Under the pieces are notes generated by a model. The model was not told where the DNA came from. It ran no database searches and saw only the letters and a program-made list of their open reading frames with translations. From Bacillota bacterium (GTDB lineage: Bacteria > Bacillota > Clostridia > Lachnospirales > Lachnospiraceae): DNA of 24,000 nucleotides. The DNA lies in assembly GCA_023390555.1 (NCBI GenBank), contig JAEWCQ010000033.1, positions 192,829-216,828 on the forward strand. Reading direction: 5' to 3'. Shown piece by piece: positions 7,580 to 15,778 of the stretch. Both the position numbers and the translations under genes were made by a program. The first letter of the stretch is position 1. Each line of letters begins with the position of its first letter.

Positions 7580-9379
7580 ATGGACAATATCAGTTATAGT
7601 AATGACGCAACGGCAAATGCTGGATTACCTTACAATGATATAAACTGGTATAATGTGGAAGGCCAGCCTTTCGGTCCTGCTTCCAAATTCAATGTTATTG
7701 TATTTAACGATGCCAATAACATTGTAGATGTGGGAGGACCAATGGCTGTAGGCGGAAGTTTTTACAGCCCAAGAGGTTTGAGTGTTGCCTTTGGCGGAGA
7801 CAGCGGAAACGAAGAAATTGGTTATTCACCGGACTTAGTACGCTTTTTAATTGGCGGCAATGTATCGATGGGCGGCCCATTGGTTGTTAAGGGGCATGTG
7901 GTTGTTGACGGCGGATTTCGGGCAGCCAAGGGAAGCACCTACTTAATTGGAAAAGATGGTACGACGGATGGGATACCGGAACTGAAGTTTTTGTATCAGG
8001 CCAATGGAGGCAGCCAATATTGGACACCAACGGATAAGGGCGATCACTATGTGGTTCCCAGTTATGATGTACCAAGATATATACCTGCAAGCAGAATCGG
8101 TGCTAACGTACCAAGATTTTTTAACGATGCGAGAGAAGGAATCGGGTACTACAAAAACTGCATCGAAGCGTTTGCACCAAATGGAACAGTCGTGGATAAT
8201 AATTACGAGTGGATTTTAAGGGGCAGTGACCCGGTACAGAATGTATTCCTTATCGATGTAAGACCTAATGGTTTGATCAACAAGGGAATACGTGCCGAAG
8301 TTCCGCAGGGCAGTACCGTTATTGTAAGGCTGAGAACAGGTCCGAATGCCCACTTGCAATACGGTGTCTATGGGGAAAGAAGTAGAGCCAACGAGACATT
8401 GTATGTGTTTGAGGATGCAACGAATATTTATATGGAAAAATCCTCGGATATCTGGGGAAGTATACTGGCACCGCAGGCTATGTTTCATGCACATGCGACA
8501 GGCGGCCATGTAAGCGGCAATGCTGCTTTGGGATCGTTTGCCGTAAATGCTGACAGCGGCTTTGAATTTCATTTTTATCCCTTTGCTGGAAGAGTGATCT
8601 GTCAATCCGTCGCACCAGCCCCGGTAACACCGGCACCGGAAGCACCGCAGGTAACACCAGCACCGGAAGTACCGCAGGTAACACCGGCACCGGAAGTACC
8701 GCAGGTGTCACCTGGAACAGAGGAACAGCCCGCTCAGGTGTGCCCGACATGCCCGACCTGCCCTGCACCGGAACCATGCCCGACGTGTCCGGAACCTACA
8801 CCTTGTCCGACACCAGAACCATGCCCGACGTGTCCGGAACCAGTACCTTGCCCTACGCCGGAACCGTGCCCGGTGTGTCCGACGTGTCCGGAACCTACAC
8901 CTTGTCCTGTACCGGAACCATGCCCGGTGTGTCCGACCTGCCCGACGTGTCCGGAACCTACACCTTGTCCTGTGCCAGAGCCATGCCCGGTGTGTCCGAC
9001 CTGCCCGGAATGCCCGCCGCAGGAAAAGGAATATATCACGATTCCAATACCAGTTCCGGTAGAGTGCCCTGCGCCGCAGCCATGCCCTGTTTGTGAGGAA
9101 TGCATGATTAAACCAGGTATTATTATGGGATGTATCTGGGGATGCAATTGCTGTAACTCCCACGAATGGGATGTAAAATTATACGAGAGGGGCGACGATT
9201 GCGATACGTTACTGTTCTGTGTACAGATTTGCGATTCTGGCTACTTTGAATTTAAAGTTCCTTTTGATGGCTGTTATGTCTTAAAGGTAAGGGCGTCCAG
9301 AAACTGTTGCATCACATTCCGGTGCAGACCGATTGTCACTTTGAAAAATATTGGCGTATCTAATTTTATTATGGAATAA
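7580..9379 (+). CDS. Choice-of-anchor-A-like (adhesin-type beta-helix) protein with Pro-rich and Cys/Pro-rich repeats and a Cys-rich C-terminal domain
   Basis: Start ATG 7580 after GGAG (7571). FNVIVFNDANNIVDVGGPMAVGGSF...LIGGNVSMGGPLVVKG...YMEKSSDIWGSILAPQAMFHAHATGGHVSGNAALGSFAVNADSGFEFHFYPFAG resembles choice-of-anchor A proteins. It is followed by VTPAPEVPQ repeats, a PTCPEPTPCPVPEPCPVCP tail, and a C-terminal CIWGCNCCNSHEWDVKLYERGDDCDTLLF...DGCYVLKVRASRNCCITFRC domain. No obvious N-terminal signal peptide. Confidence 0.72.
   Translation: MDNISYSNDATANAGLPYNDINWYNVEGQPFGPASKFNVIVFNDANNIVDVGGPMAVGGSFYSPRGLSVAFGGDSGNEEIGYSPDLVRFLIGGNVSMGGPLVVKGHVVVDGGFRAAKGSTYLIGKDGTTDGIPELKFLYQANGGSQYWTPTDKGDHYVVPSYDVPRYIPASRIGANVPRFFNDAREGIGYYKNCIEAFAPNGTVVDNNYEWILRGSDPVQNVFLIDVRPNGLINKGIRAEVPQGSTVIVRLRTGPNAHLQYGVYGERSRANETLYVFEDATNIYMEKSSDIWGSILAPQAMFHAHATGGHVSGNAALGSFAVNADSGFEFHFYPFAGRVICQSVAPAPVTPAPEAPQVTPAPEVPQVTPAPEVPQVSPGTEEQPAQVCPTCPTCPAPEPCPTCPEPTPCPTPEPCPTCPEPVPCPTPEPCPVCPTCPEPTPCPVPEPCPVCPTCPTCPEPTPCPVPEPCPVCPTCPECPPQEKEYITIPIPVPVECPAPQPCPVCEECMIKPGIIMGCIWGCNCCNSHEWDVKLYERGDDCDTLLFCVQICDSGYFEFKVPFDGCYVLKVRASRNCCITFRCRPIVTLKNIGVSNFIME
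8624..8704 (+). repeat. Three 27-bp tandem repeats encoding VTPAPE(A/V)PQ
   Basis: Units 8624-8650, 8651-8677, 8678-8704; a degenerate fourth copy starts GTGTCACCT at 8705. Confidence 0.9.
8741..9020 (+). repeat. Cys/Pro-rich coding repeat region, including a 63-bp direct tandem duplication (8881-8943 and 8944-9006)
   Basis: Encodes CPTCPTCPAPEPCPTCPEPTPCPTPEPCP...CPECPP with 22 Cys. The two 63-bp copies differ at 3 positions by direct comparison. Confidence 0.92.
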
Positions 9380-9417
9380 TCTGATATCTATTTGCCATGG
9401 ATTAATTTTTAGAAAGG

Positions 9418-9457
9418 CTGCTGCAAGCGGGGTATTCCCTTAATGCAGCAGTTTTTT
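9418..9457 (+). terminator. Rho-independent terminator
   Basis: CTGCTGCA (9418-9425) ... TGCAGCAG (9444-9451) plus inner GGG/CCC, followed by TTTTTT. Confidence 0.85.
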
Positions 9458-9488
9458 ATGCAGGTAATTTCGATAACAAAATCGTTTG

Positions 9489-9938
9489 TTATAAATCCTG
9501 GGATTCTAATATGTCATTCAGATGATACAGCAATTTTTTGTAGAGCTCAAACATAAACGATAATTCAGGTTCGTCCATTTTTAGAAATGCACTTTCTTCG
9601 AATTCATAAAGATCTTTCAATATAGAACCGGCATACTTCAATCCGGTTTTGGTAAAAACGATATTCTTGCTTCGTTTATCGGTCGCACAGGAAATTCTTT
9701 CTATATAACCTGCATGTTCAAGAGAATTTAATATGGCGTTGACTGTTTGCTTCGGTAATTGAAGTTTTTCGCATATTAGTTGCTGAGAGCAATTGTCTGG
9801 AGTGTTGTAAATTACCCAAAGCGTGAATAAGGAGTTTGAGGAAATATGATGCTTTTTTGCCCATCGATCATAGATGGAATTCGAGAATATCCAAGTATCA
9901 TAATATGCATTAATTTGTTCCTTTGTGGAATGCTTCAT
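9489..9938 (-). CDS. MarR-family transcriptional regulator
   Basis: winged-HTH pattern NSLFTLWVIYNTPDNCSQQLICEKLQLPKQTVNAILNSLEHAGYIERISCATDKRSKNIVFTKTG. Confidence 0.88.
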   Translation of the reverse strand: MKHSTKEQINAYYDTWIFSNSIYDRWAKKHHISSNSLFTLWVIYNTPDNCSQQLICEKLQLPKQTVNAILNSLEHAGYIERISCATDKRSKNIVFTKTGLKYAGSILKDLYEFEESAFLKMDEPELSFMFELYKKLLYHLNDILESQDL

Positions 9939-9986
9939 CTTTTCCTCCTGATTACATGAAAGCAGTACGTTATAGCGGTTAACGTT

Positions 9987-10310
9987 CTAGTGATGTGCAC
10001 CACTTAGATTTAATCCGATAACCCCCAGCACAATAAATACAATAGAAATCACTTTGATAAGACTGATACTTTCTTTAAAGAATAGGATACCAATTACCGT
10101 CATAACCGTGATACCAACAGCTCCCCAAATGGCATAAGCAACACCAAGATCTATTTTCTTTAAGGCCATTGAAAAAAAGGTAAAACATAAAATGTACCCG
10201 ATCAAAGTTCCGGCAGCAGGTAATGGTTTGGTAAAACCGGTTGATAATTTCAATAATGTCGTAGCAATAATTTCAAAGAATACTGCCAATGCTAAAAATA
10301 GCCAATACAT
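9987..10310 (-). CDS. Small multidrug resistance (SMR) family transporter, EmrE/QacE-like
   Basis: MYWLFLALAVFFEIIATTLLKLSTGFTKPLPAAGTLIGYILCFTFFSMALKKIDLGVAYAIWGAVGITVMTVIGILFFKESISL: four TMs and the membrane Glu in FFEIIATTLLK. Confidence 0.9.
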   Translation of the reverse strand: MYWLFLALAVFFEIIATTLLKLSTGFTKPLPAAGTLIGYILCFTFFSMALKKIDLGVAYAIWGAVGITVMTVIGILFFKESISLIKVISIVFIVLGVIGLNLSGAHH

Positions 10311-10329
10311 AAAGACACCTCTTCTGATA

Positions 10330-10384
10330 GAATTGTCCCAAATGGGACTAATTCAGTCTAAAACAGATTCGGCAGAATGTCAAG
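10330..10384 (-). promoter_or_regulatory. Promoter and probable MarR operator for the SMR-MarR operon
   Basis: Minus strand: TTGACA (+ strand TGTCAA 10379-10384), 18-nt spacer, TAGACT (+ strand AGTCTA 10355-10360). It is followed by the near-palindrome GAATTGTCCCAAATGGGACTAATTC (10330-10354) just before the SMR start. Confidence 0.6.
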
Positions 10385-10656
10385 AAAATCTTGCTAGGGG
10401 CATACGTTTAAAACGATTGCAATTTCATACAGGGGTCTGAAAGATGAGAATACAATATAGGAGTTACTTGTCAGATATTGGGATAGATGGGTTACAGTGA
10501 AACAACTTCAAGGAAGTAACAATTCAGATATTATTCTTTCACTGCAGCATAATTCCTTCAACGTCTGCATAGTGAAAGGCACAACCGTTACCCCCTTGGC
10601 TATCAAATTTTTGCACATGGGAACTACATCGTGGCTGCCCGCTATGAAGCTTTGAA

Positions 10657-12072
10657 TCATGGAATCATTTCAAAAATAATCCCCTGATTAAAATCCTTCA
10701 CTTTCATGGAGCCATAGACTCCTACATATAGTTTTGTTTGATTCAGATTCGTTCCCAAGCTTACATAATAAGATGATTTCGATCCGAAATCATAGGTTGT
10801 TTCAATGACGCCAAACTCATTCAGTTTACAATTTGTTCTTGCCCTGGTATAAGCCAAAACACCTCTGTGAGGCGGCGAAGCGTTTTCATCCCGTGACAGT
10901 TCCGTAAATAAAATACTTCCCGTCAAATCGGCAATTTCATCGCCCATATATGGCTGGACTCCGGTAAGTGCGGTTGCTCCAAACTTATCGGGGCGGGGAT
11001 CTTCATGAAAATAACTGATCAGAGGCTGAAGATGCTGGGTGGAAGTTTCGACCGCTTCATCATAATAAGCAATTATTTTCTCATTTAAAGTCGGATTTGC
11101 AGAGCAGCTTCTTATGATCGAAGTGGGAAAAGCTCCTTCCCATCCTCGCCAGCCAAGGTTAACAAATTCATCCTGAATGGCTTCAGTTTCCATAAAAGAA
11201 GAATCTGTAAGTTCGGTAACAGGTATCGGTTTATAATCTACGAAGGAAAAAATTGATTCTACCAGATCCTGTCCGACATTGCCTACATATTTGATATACT
11301 GATCAAAAATCTTTTGAAAAGAAATGCCCGGTATATTGCGGACCCCTTTGGCAATTACTGTAAGAGTCTCCTGAATAGGTGCAGGAAGTTCATCAAAACG
11401 TGTGACAACGGGTGGATTATCACGGTATGTATTCTCAGCTACATCAATTTCAATAATTTTGCCGGCAATTTCCATGTAATCCTGGCTTAAATTAAAGGGA
11501 TCATAGCCTGATCCGCCGTCTCCGGTTGTTAGAACGAGTTTTCCAGTTTCGGGTGAGAAATTTAGGCTATTGACACCATTATGATTTAAAAACGGTCTTC
11601 TTATATTAAGCAGCGTCCGTTCTTTTTGCGTTTCGAAATTTGAAGTTACAACCCATTCTTCCACAGTATCAATATGGTCATATTGCGTTTCTCGATTTAG
11701 CCATTTCAGATTTAAGGTTGTTGGGTCACATGGGTTTGGTGTAAAGGATTTTGGAAGAGCGCCCAGACCTTGTGTTCCGGCAACTGAATAATGAAGATAA
11801 AACAGACCATTATCAGAAAACTCCGGATGAAACGCCAGACCCAGTAATCCACGTTCATCGTATCCGCCAGATGAATTACCTAATTCCAGGACTTGAGGCC
11901 GGATATCTAAAAAGGTCTCGATCGAGTCGTCTTCCAGGTAAAAAATCTCTCCAATCTGGGTTGCAATAAATAATCGTTCGGTTGTTTCGCCCGGAAGTAT
12001 AGTTGTTTTTAAAACTGTGGGTAAATTTATATTGTCTACTAAGGGCAGTAAATTAGCTTTCACGTTTTCCAA
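10657..12072 (-). CDS. Glucose/sorbosone dehydrogenase-like (PQQ-type soluble sugar dehydrogenase / HHIP-like) six-bladed beta-propeller protein
   Basis: LFIATQIGEIFYLEDD...FLDIRPQV...GGYDERGLLGLAFHPEFSDNGLFYLHYS...NHNGVNSLNFSPETGKLVLTTGDGGSGYDPFNLSQD...AGKIIEIDV..., a signature series for this family. No signal peptide evident. Confidence 0.8.
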   Translation of the reverse strand: MENVKANLLPLVDNINLPTVLKTTILPGETTERLFIATQIGEIFYLEDDSIETFLDIRPQVLELGNSSGGYDERGLLGLAFHPEFSDNGLFYLHYSVAGTQGLGALPKSFTPNPCDPTTLNLKWLNRETQYDHIDTVEEWVVTSNFETQKERTLLNIRRPFLNHNGVNSLNFSPETGKLVLTTGDGGSGYDPFNLSQDYMEIAGKIIEIDVAENTYRDNPPVVTRFDELPAPIQETLTVIAKGVRNIPGISFQKIFDQYIKYVGNVGQDLVESIFSFVDYKPIPVTELTDSSFMETEAIQDEFVNLGWRGWEGAFPTSIIRSCSANPTLNEKIIAYYDEAVETSTQHLQPLISYFHEDPRPDKFGATALTGVQPYMGDEIADLTGSILFTELSRDENASPPHRGVLAYTRARTNCKLNEFGVIETTYDFGSKSSYYVSLGTNLNQTKLYVGVYGSMKVKDFNQGIIFEMIP

Positions 12073-12239
12073 TGTCTTTTCCTCATTTTTATCAATTCTT
12101 CTTTAAAAAGTATGATTCGAATGATTCTATTAGTACCAAATTAAGAAGCGTAAACGGCGGGGATTGATAAGAAGCAGGGTGACTGCTTGCCTGATGGTGA
12201 CTGCGAACTATATATAGATAAGCTGCGAAAAAAAAAGAA

Positions 12240-12268
12240 TTGACAGTTGAAAAAAGGTAATATATTAT
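12240..12268 (+). promoter_or_regulatory. Strong sigma-A-like promoter for the MarR/membrane protein operon
   Basis: TTGACA (12240-12245), 17-bp spacer, TATTAT (12263-12268); the -10 lies in the palindrome TAATATATTA. Confidence 0.7.
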
Positions 12269-12315
12269 CTAAATGAGTAATGTGTTATATTAATTAATGA
12301 AAACAGGTGAGGAAG

Positions 12316-12804
12316 ATGAATAAACTTGAATTGATGAAAGATCAGCAGTATTTGTTTGGGTCTATTTTTGTGGCTGCCAACAGGATGGATACCCTGCTTG
12401 AAAGAGAATTTAAAAAGTTTGATATTACTACAAAACAGTGGCTTTTATCCGTAGTTATAGACAACCTGTTTGATGAGCCGCCGACATTAAAAGAAGCGGC
12501 AAGGGAGATGGGAAGTTCGCATCAGAATATCAAGCAGGTCGCATTAAAGCTGGAACAAAAAGGATTCTTAGTTCTGGAAAAGGATGAAAAGGATGCCCGG
12601 GCAACCAGACTTAAGTTGTCAGAGCATAGTTTTAACTTTTGGAAGAAATTAAGAGAGGAAGGCTCCGTATTTAGGGAGGCGTTGTTTCAAGGCATCCATG
12701 AAGATGAGATGGTAGTGGCAAGAAGCGTAATGGAGAAAATATTGTCAAATATTGTTGAGATAGACAAAAAAAATGATGGGAGTACGGAAAATGACCAATC
12801 ATAA
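12316..12804 (+). CDS. MarR-family transcriptional regulator
   Basis: MNKLELMKDQQYLFGSIFVAANRMDTLLEREFKKFDITTKQWLLSVVIDNLFDEPPTLKEAAREMGSSHQNIKQVALKLEQKGFLVLEKDEKDARATRLKLS. An alternative GTG start lies at 12307. Confidence 0.87.
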   Translation: MNKLELMKDQQYLFGSIFVAANRMDTLLEREFKKFDITTKQWLLSVVIDNLFDEPPTLKEAAREMGSSHQNIKQVALKLEQKGFLVLEKDEKDARATRLKLSEHSFNFWKKLREEGSVFREALFQGIHEDEMVVARSVMEKILSNIVEIDKKNDGSTENDQS

Positions 12805-13639
12805 TTTAGAAACCAAAACGGATAAAGTCCTTTTCTGCTTTACTGTTCCGGTAGTGATTCTTATCGTGATTTGCAGCAGTACAGGAATCTGGTATCAAAA
12901 ATTGTATGCAAGGGAAACGATGGACTTATTGTCACAATGTATTGGACAGGACATTTCCAATCTGTTTTTTGTAGCACCCATACTTCTGATAGCCGCTTTT
13001 TTCGTTTTACAGAGAAACAGAATAGCCAAGATGATCTGGCTTGGGACAATGATTACCAATATATACGCTTATATGATCTATTGCTTTGCTGTTCATTTTA
13101 ACTTTTTGTTTCATGTATATTGTGTGATATTAGGCTTATCTATTTATTCCGTTATTTATTTTTTTATGACGCATATGAAGGAAGATTTTCGAAACTGGTA
13201 TACAGAAAAAGTACCTGTAAGAACAATAGGAACGTTCTTGATGATAATAGCTGCCCTGTTCGTTTTTTTGTGGCTGTCTCAATCATTGCCTGCAGCCATA
13301 GCCAATACTGTACCGGAGAGCGTTCTGGATGATGGTTTGCTTACAAATCCGGTTCATGTTTTAGACTTTTCCTTTTATTTGCCGCTGATGTTTATCTCCG
13401 CAGTCATGCTGATGAAAAAGAAAGCGCTGGGCTATCTTTTGGCTCCAATGATGCTAATTTTTGCTGTTATTACCAATCTCAATATCATATCTTTGACGTT
13501 TGTTACAATGGAAAAGACATCTTCGAATAATCTGCCGTTGATTATTTGTTTCAGTATATTTACAATTGTATGTGTGGGATTTTTGTGGTTAATGCTTAAA
13601 AACATTTTAAAATCTACGATAAAAGAAGTAGTGGATTAA
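12791..13639 (+). CDS. Multi-pass (about 8 TM) membrane protein, uncharacterised; overlaps the end of the MarR gene
   Basis: ATG 12791 (MTNHNLETKTDK...) overlaps the MarR stop at 12804. Repeated hydrophobic stretches such as VPVVILIVICSSTGIWY, NLFFVAPILLIAAFFVL and TIGTFLMIIAALFVFLWL. Confidence 0.8.
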   Translation: MTNHNLETKTDKVLFCFTVPVVILIVICSSTGIWYQKLYARETMDLLSQCIGQDISNLFFVAPILLIAAFFVLQRNRIAKMIWLGTMITNIYAYMIYCFAVHFNFLFHVYCVILGLSIYSVIYFFMTHMKEDFRNWYTEKVPVRTIGTFLMIIAALFVFLWLSQSLPAAIANTVPESVLDDGLLTNPVHVLDFSFYLPLMFISAVMLMKKKALGYLLAPMMLIFAVITNLNIISLTFVTMEKTSSNNLPLIICFSIFTIVCVGFLWLMLKNILKSTIKEVVD

Positions 13640-13667
13640 ACAAAGGAATCAATGGGGGAAAAATCAA

Positions 13668-14498
13668 TTGCTAAGAATCGGTGAGTTTTCAGCATTGTCA
13701 TCTATCAGTATCAATATGCTCAGGCACTATGACAAAATTGGATTATTGGTGCCGGATCATGTGGATCCGATAAGCGGATATCGATATTATGACAAAGAGC
13801 AGCTGGTACAATCCAATAAGATCGTAGCATGGAAGGCAATGGGTTTTGGTCTGGAAGAAATCAAAGAAGCGGAATCCATGAATCAGTCAGAGATCAGGCA
13901 TTTGTTCCAAAATAAGCTGCAGAGAAAACAGGAAGAGGCAAGGCTGATACAGAATCAGATACGGAGAATCGACCAGGCAATGCAGATGAATCCGGAAGAG
14001 GAAGAATATGCATTGTCCATTGTTACGAAGTACATGCCTGAAATGTTGGTAGTAAGCTTTCGCGGGAAAATTAATGATTATCCGCAGGAAGGCATATTAT
14101 GGAAAACACTTATGGAGGAATGTGAGAAGCAGAAAATAAAGGTATCAAGGTCTGCACTGGCCATGGCGATAAATTACGGAATCAATGATGCAGATAACGA
14201 TATGGAGGTAGAAGTGCTGTTATCTGTTGAAAAAGAGCAGGAATGCCACGGAAACATAAAACTATATAAGTTACCGGAATGCAGAGCCGCTTCCGTTATA
14301 TTTCAGGGGAGCTATGCAAAAATCAGTTCCATCAATTCATTTGTTGCAAGATGGATGGAGAATAACGGGTTTGAGATAGCGGGACAAGTGTTTTCTGTTT
14401 ATCATAATTCTCCCCGTGAAAGCAGACTGGATGAAAATTTTGTTACGGAGCTCTGCTTTCCGATTTCAAAAACAAGTATTGACTCTCGTACAGTGTAA
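13668..14498 (+). CDS. MerR-family regulator with GyrI-like effector-binding domain
   Basis: TTG start 13668 after GGGGGA. MLRIGEFSALSSISINMLRHYDKIGLLVPDHVDPISGYRYYDKEQL, coiled coil, then ligand-binding-like C-terminus. Confidence 0.87.
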   Translation: MLRIGEFSALSSISINMLRHYDKIGLLVPDHVDPISGYRYYDKEQLVQSNKIVAWKAMGFGLEEIKEAESMNQSEIRHLFQNKLQRKQEEARLIQNQIRRIDQAMQMNPEEEEYALSIVTKYMPEMLVVSFRGKINDYPQEGILWKTLMEECEKQKIKVSRSALAMAINYGINDADNDMEVEVLLSVEKEQECHGNIKLYKLPECRAASVIFQGSYAKISSINSFVARWMENNGFEIAGQVFSVYHNSPRESRLDENFVTELCFPISKTSIDSRTV

Positions 14499-14562
14499 GG
14501 GTTTATCCTTTTCTTATGGTGACCAGATTAATTTGGATAGAAAGCTTTCAGGAAAGGAATCT

Positions 14563-15609
14563 ATGAGTAAAAAGATAATTGAAATAAGACATCATCTGAG
14601 TGATGGCTGCTGTATGTGGAATGGAATAGAAGATCTCTATGTCACAAAAAGCGGGGAGGATGTGCCGGAGGCATTTTTCTTTGCGCTTAGCAGCTACGGT
14701 GAGAATGTTTATCTGAAGTCCCGGAATCCGGCTCGGCCGGTCATGCTCAGTGTCTGTGATGGCAGGACGAAAAGGACTTACGAGAAGATAAAAGATGAAC
14801 TCGGTCTTCAATATAAGATTTCAGGAGGAAGGACACTGGAATACGCTTTCCGGTCAGTGAAACGTGAAATTGATAAGGGGTGCCCGGTTATATTAGGTCC
14901 GCTTGATATGTATCATTTGCCATATTTGAAGATGTATCATAAGTGTCATATTCCGATGCATTATGTTTTAATGGTCGGATATGATGAGGAACGTATCTAT
15001 CTGTATGATTGCGGAAGAGCAGATATCCAGACATTATTGTATGAAGAACTGCAAAAAGCATGGCAGATAGAAAAGAATATTGTGGGAGATCAGAATGGAT
15101 TTATTCGTTTTTCGTTACCCGATCAGCTGCCGGATGCATTTGAACTTGCAAAAGCCTGCCTTCAGCGGAAGGCACAAGAGCAATTGCGGGAAAAACCGGG
15201 ATTTGTCGGAGTGAGCGCAATCCGTAAAATAGCACTCGATTTTCCCGGTTGGAAAGAAAACATGCCGGAAGATGTCTGGAAAAATGCTTTGATTGGACTG
15301 GTAGAGTTCTGGGGGATGGTTCCGAAGGTTCCCAATCGATTACTTGGGATACAAAGCGATGAAGATATCTGCTATCAGGGGAATTGTGATCGGCTTGGAA
15401 ATGTGCTCATTTGGTTAGGAAATCAATATAAAAGTAAAAATTGGGCTGATGCAGGATGTTTGTTCGTACAGGCAGGAGAAGTGTTTGAAAAAATTACATC
15501 ACATATTGTCGGCTGTTTATGTGATGGAGAGGAAACCTTGGAGTTGATTCCAGCGTTGTTTTTTGAGATTGCAGATTTAGAAGAACGTGCGTACAGACGG
15601 TTGCTATGA
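14563..15609 (+). CDS. BtrH N-terminal domain-like / DUF4872-type protein (cysteine peptidase-like acyltransferase fold)
   Basis: Start ATG 14563 after GGAAAGGAA. HHLSDGCCMWNGIEDLY...LSSYGENVYLK...HIPMHYVLMVGYDEERIYLYDCGRAD..., the H/C/H/D pattern expected for BtrH_N proteins. Confidence 0.65.
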   Translation: MSKKIIEIRHHLSDGCCMWNGIEDLYVTKSGEDVPEAFFFALSSYGENVYLKSRNPARPVMLSVCDGRTKRTYEKIKDELGLQYKISGGRTLEYAFRSVKREIDKGCPVILGPLDMYHLPYLKMYHKCHIPMHYVLMVGYDEERIYLYDCGRADIQTLLYEELQKAWQIEKNIVGDQNGFIRFSLPDQLPDAFELAKACLQRKAQEQLREKPGFVGVSAIRKIALDFPGWKENMPEDVWKNALIGLVEFWGMVPKVPNRLLGIQSDEDICYQGNCDRLGNVLIWLGNQYKSKNWADAGCLFVQAGEVFEKITSHIVGCLCDGEETLELIPALFFEIADLEERAYRRLL

Positions 15610-15702
15610 TGCATGCAGCGGTAAGAATCGGTTTTCAGTTCGAAAAGAATCATAACGAAATGGATCAAAATGAATTGTAAGGAATTGATACTGAAATAAA
15701 AG

Positions 15703-15734
15703 AACCCGCAATTCCTTAAAAAGGATTGCGGGTT
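15703..15734. terminator. Rho-independent terminator between convergent genes
   Basis: AACCCGCAATTCCTT / AAGGATTGCGGGTT, one bulge, AAA loop. Confidence 0.75.
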
Positions 15735-15778
15735 TCACCTCCAGTTTGCTTAAAATTCTTAAAAATCTGTGTTGAATA

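Noticed and set aside
8624-9020. CRISPR-like repeat array
   Set aside because: Repeats are contiguous in-frame coding units (27 bp and 63 bp) without unique spacers, inside one open reading frame.
8478-9163. Several ORFs antisense to the Cys/Pro repeats, plus the + frame ORF 8740..9096 (Gly/Arg/His- or Pro/Thr-rich translations)
   Set aside because: They are mirror translations of the GC-rich repeat block in the 7580-9379 gene. They have no RBS and no independent domain; the low complexity simply removes stop codons.
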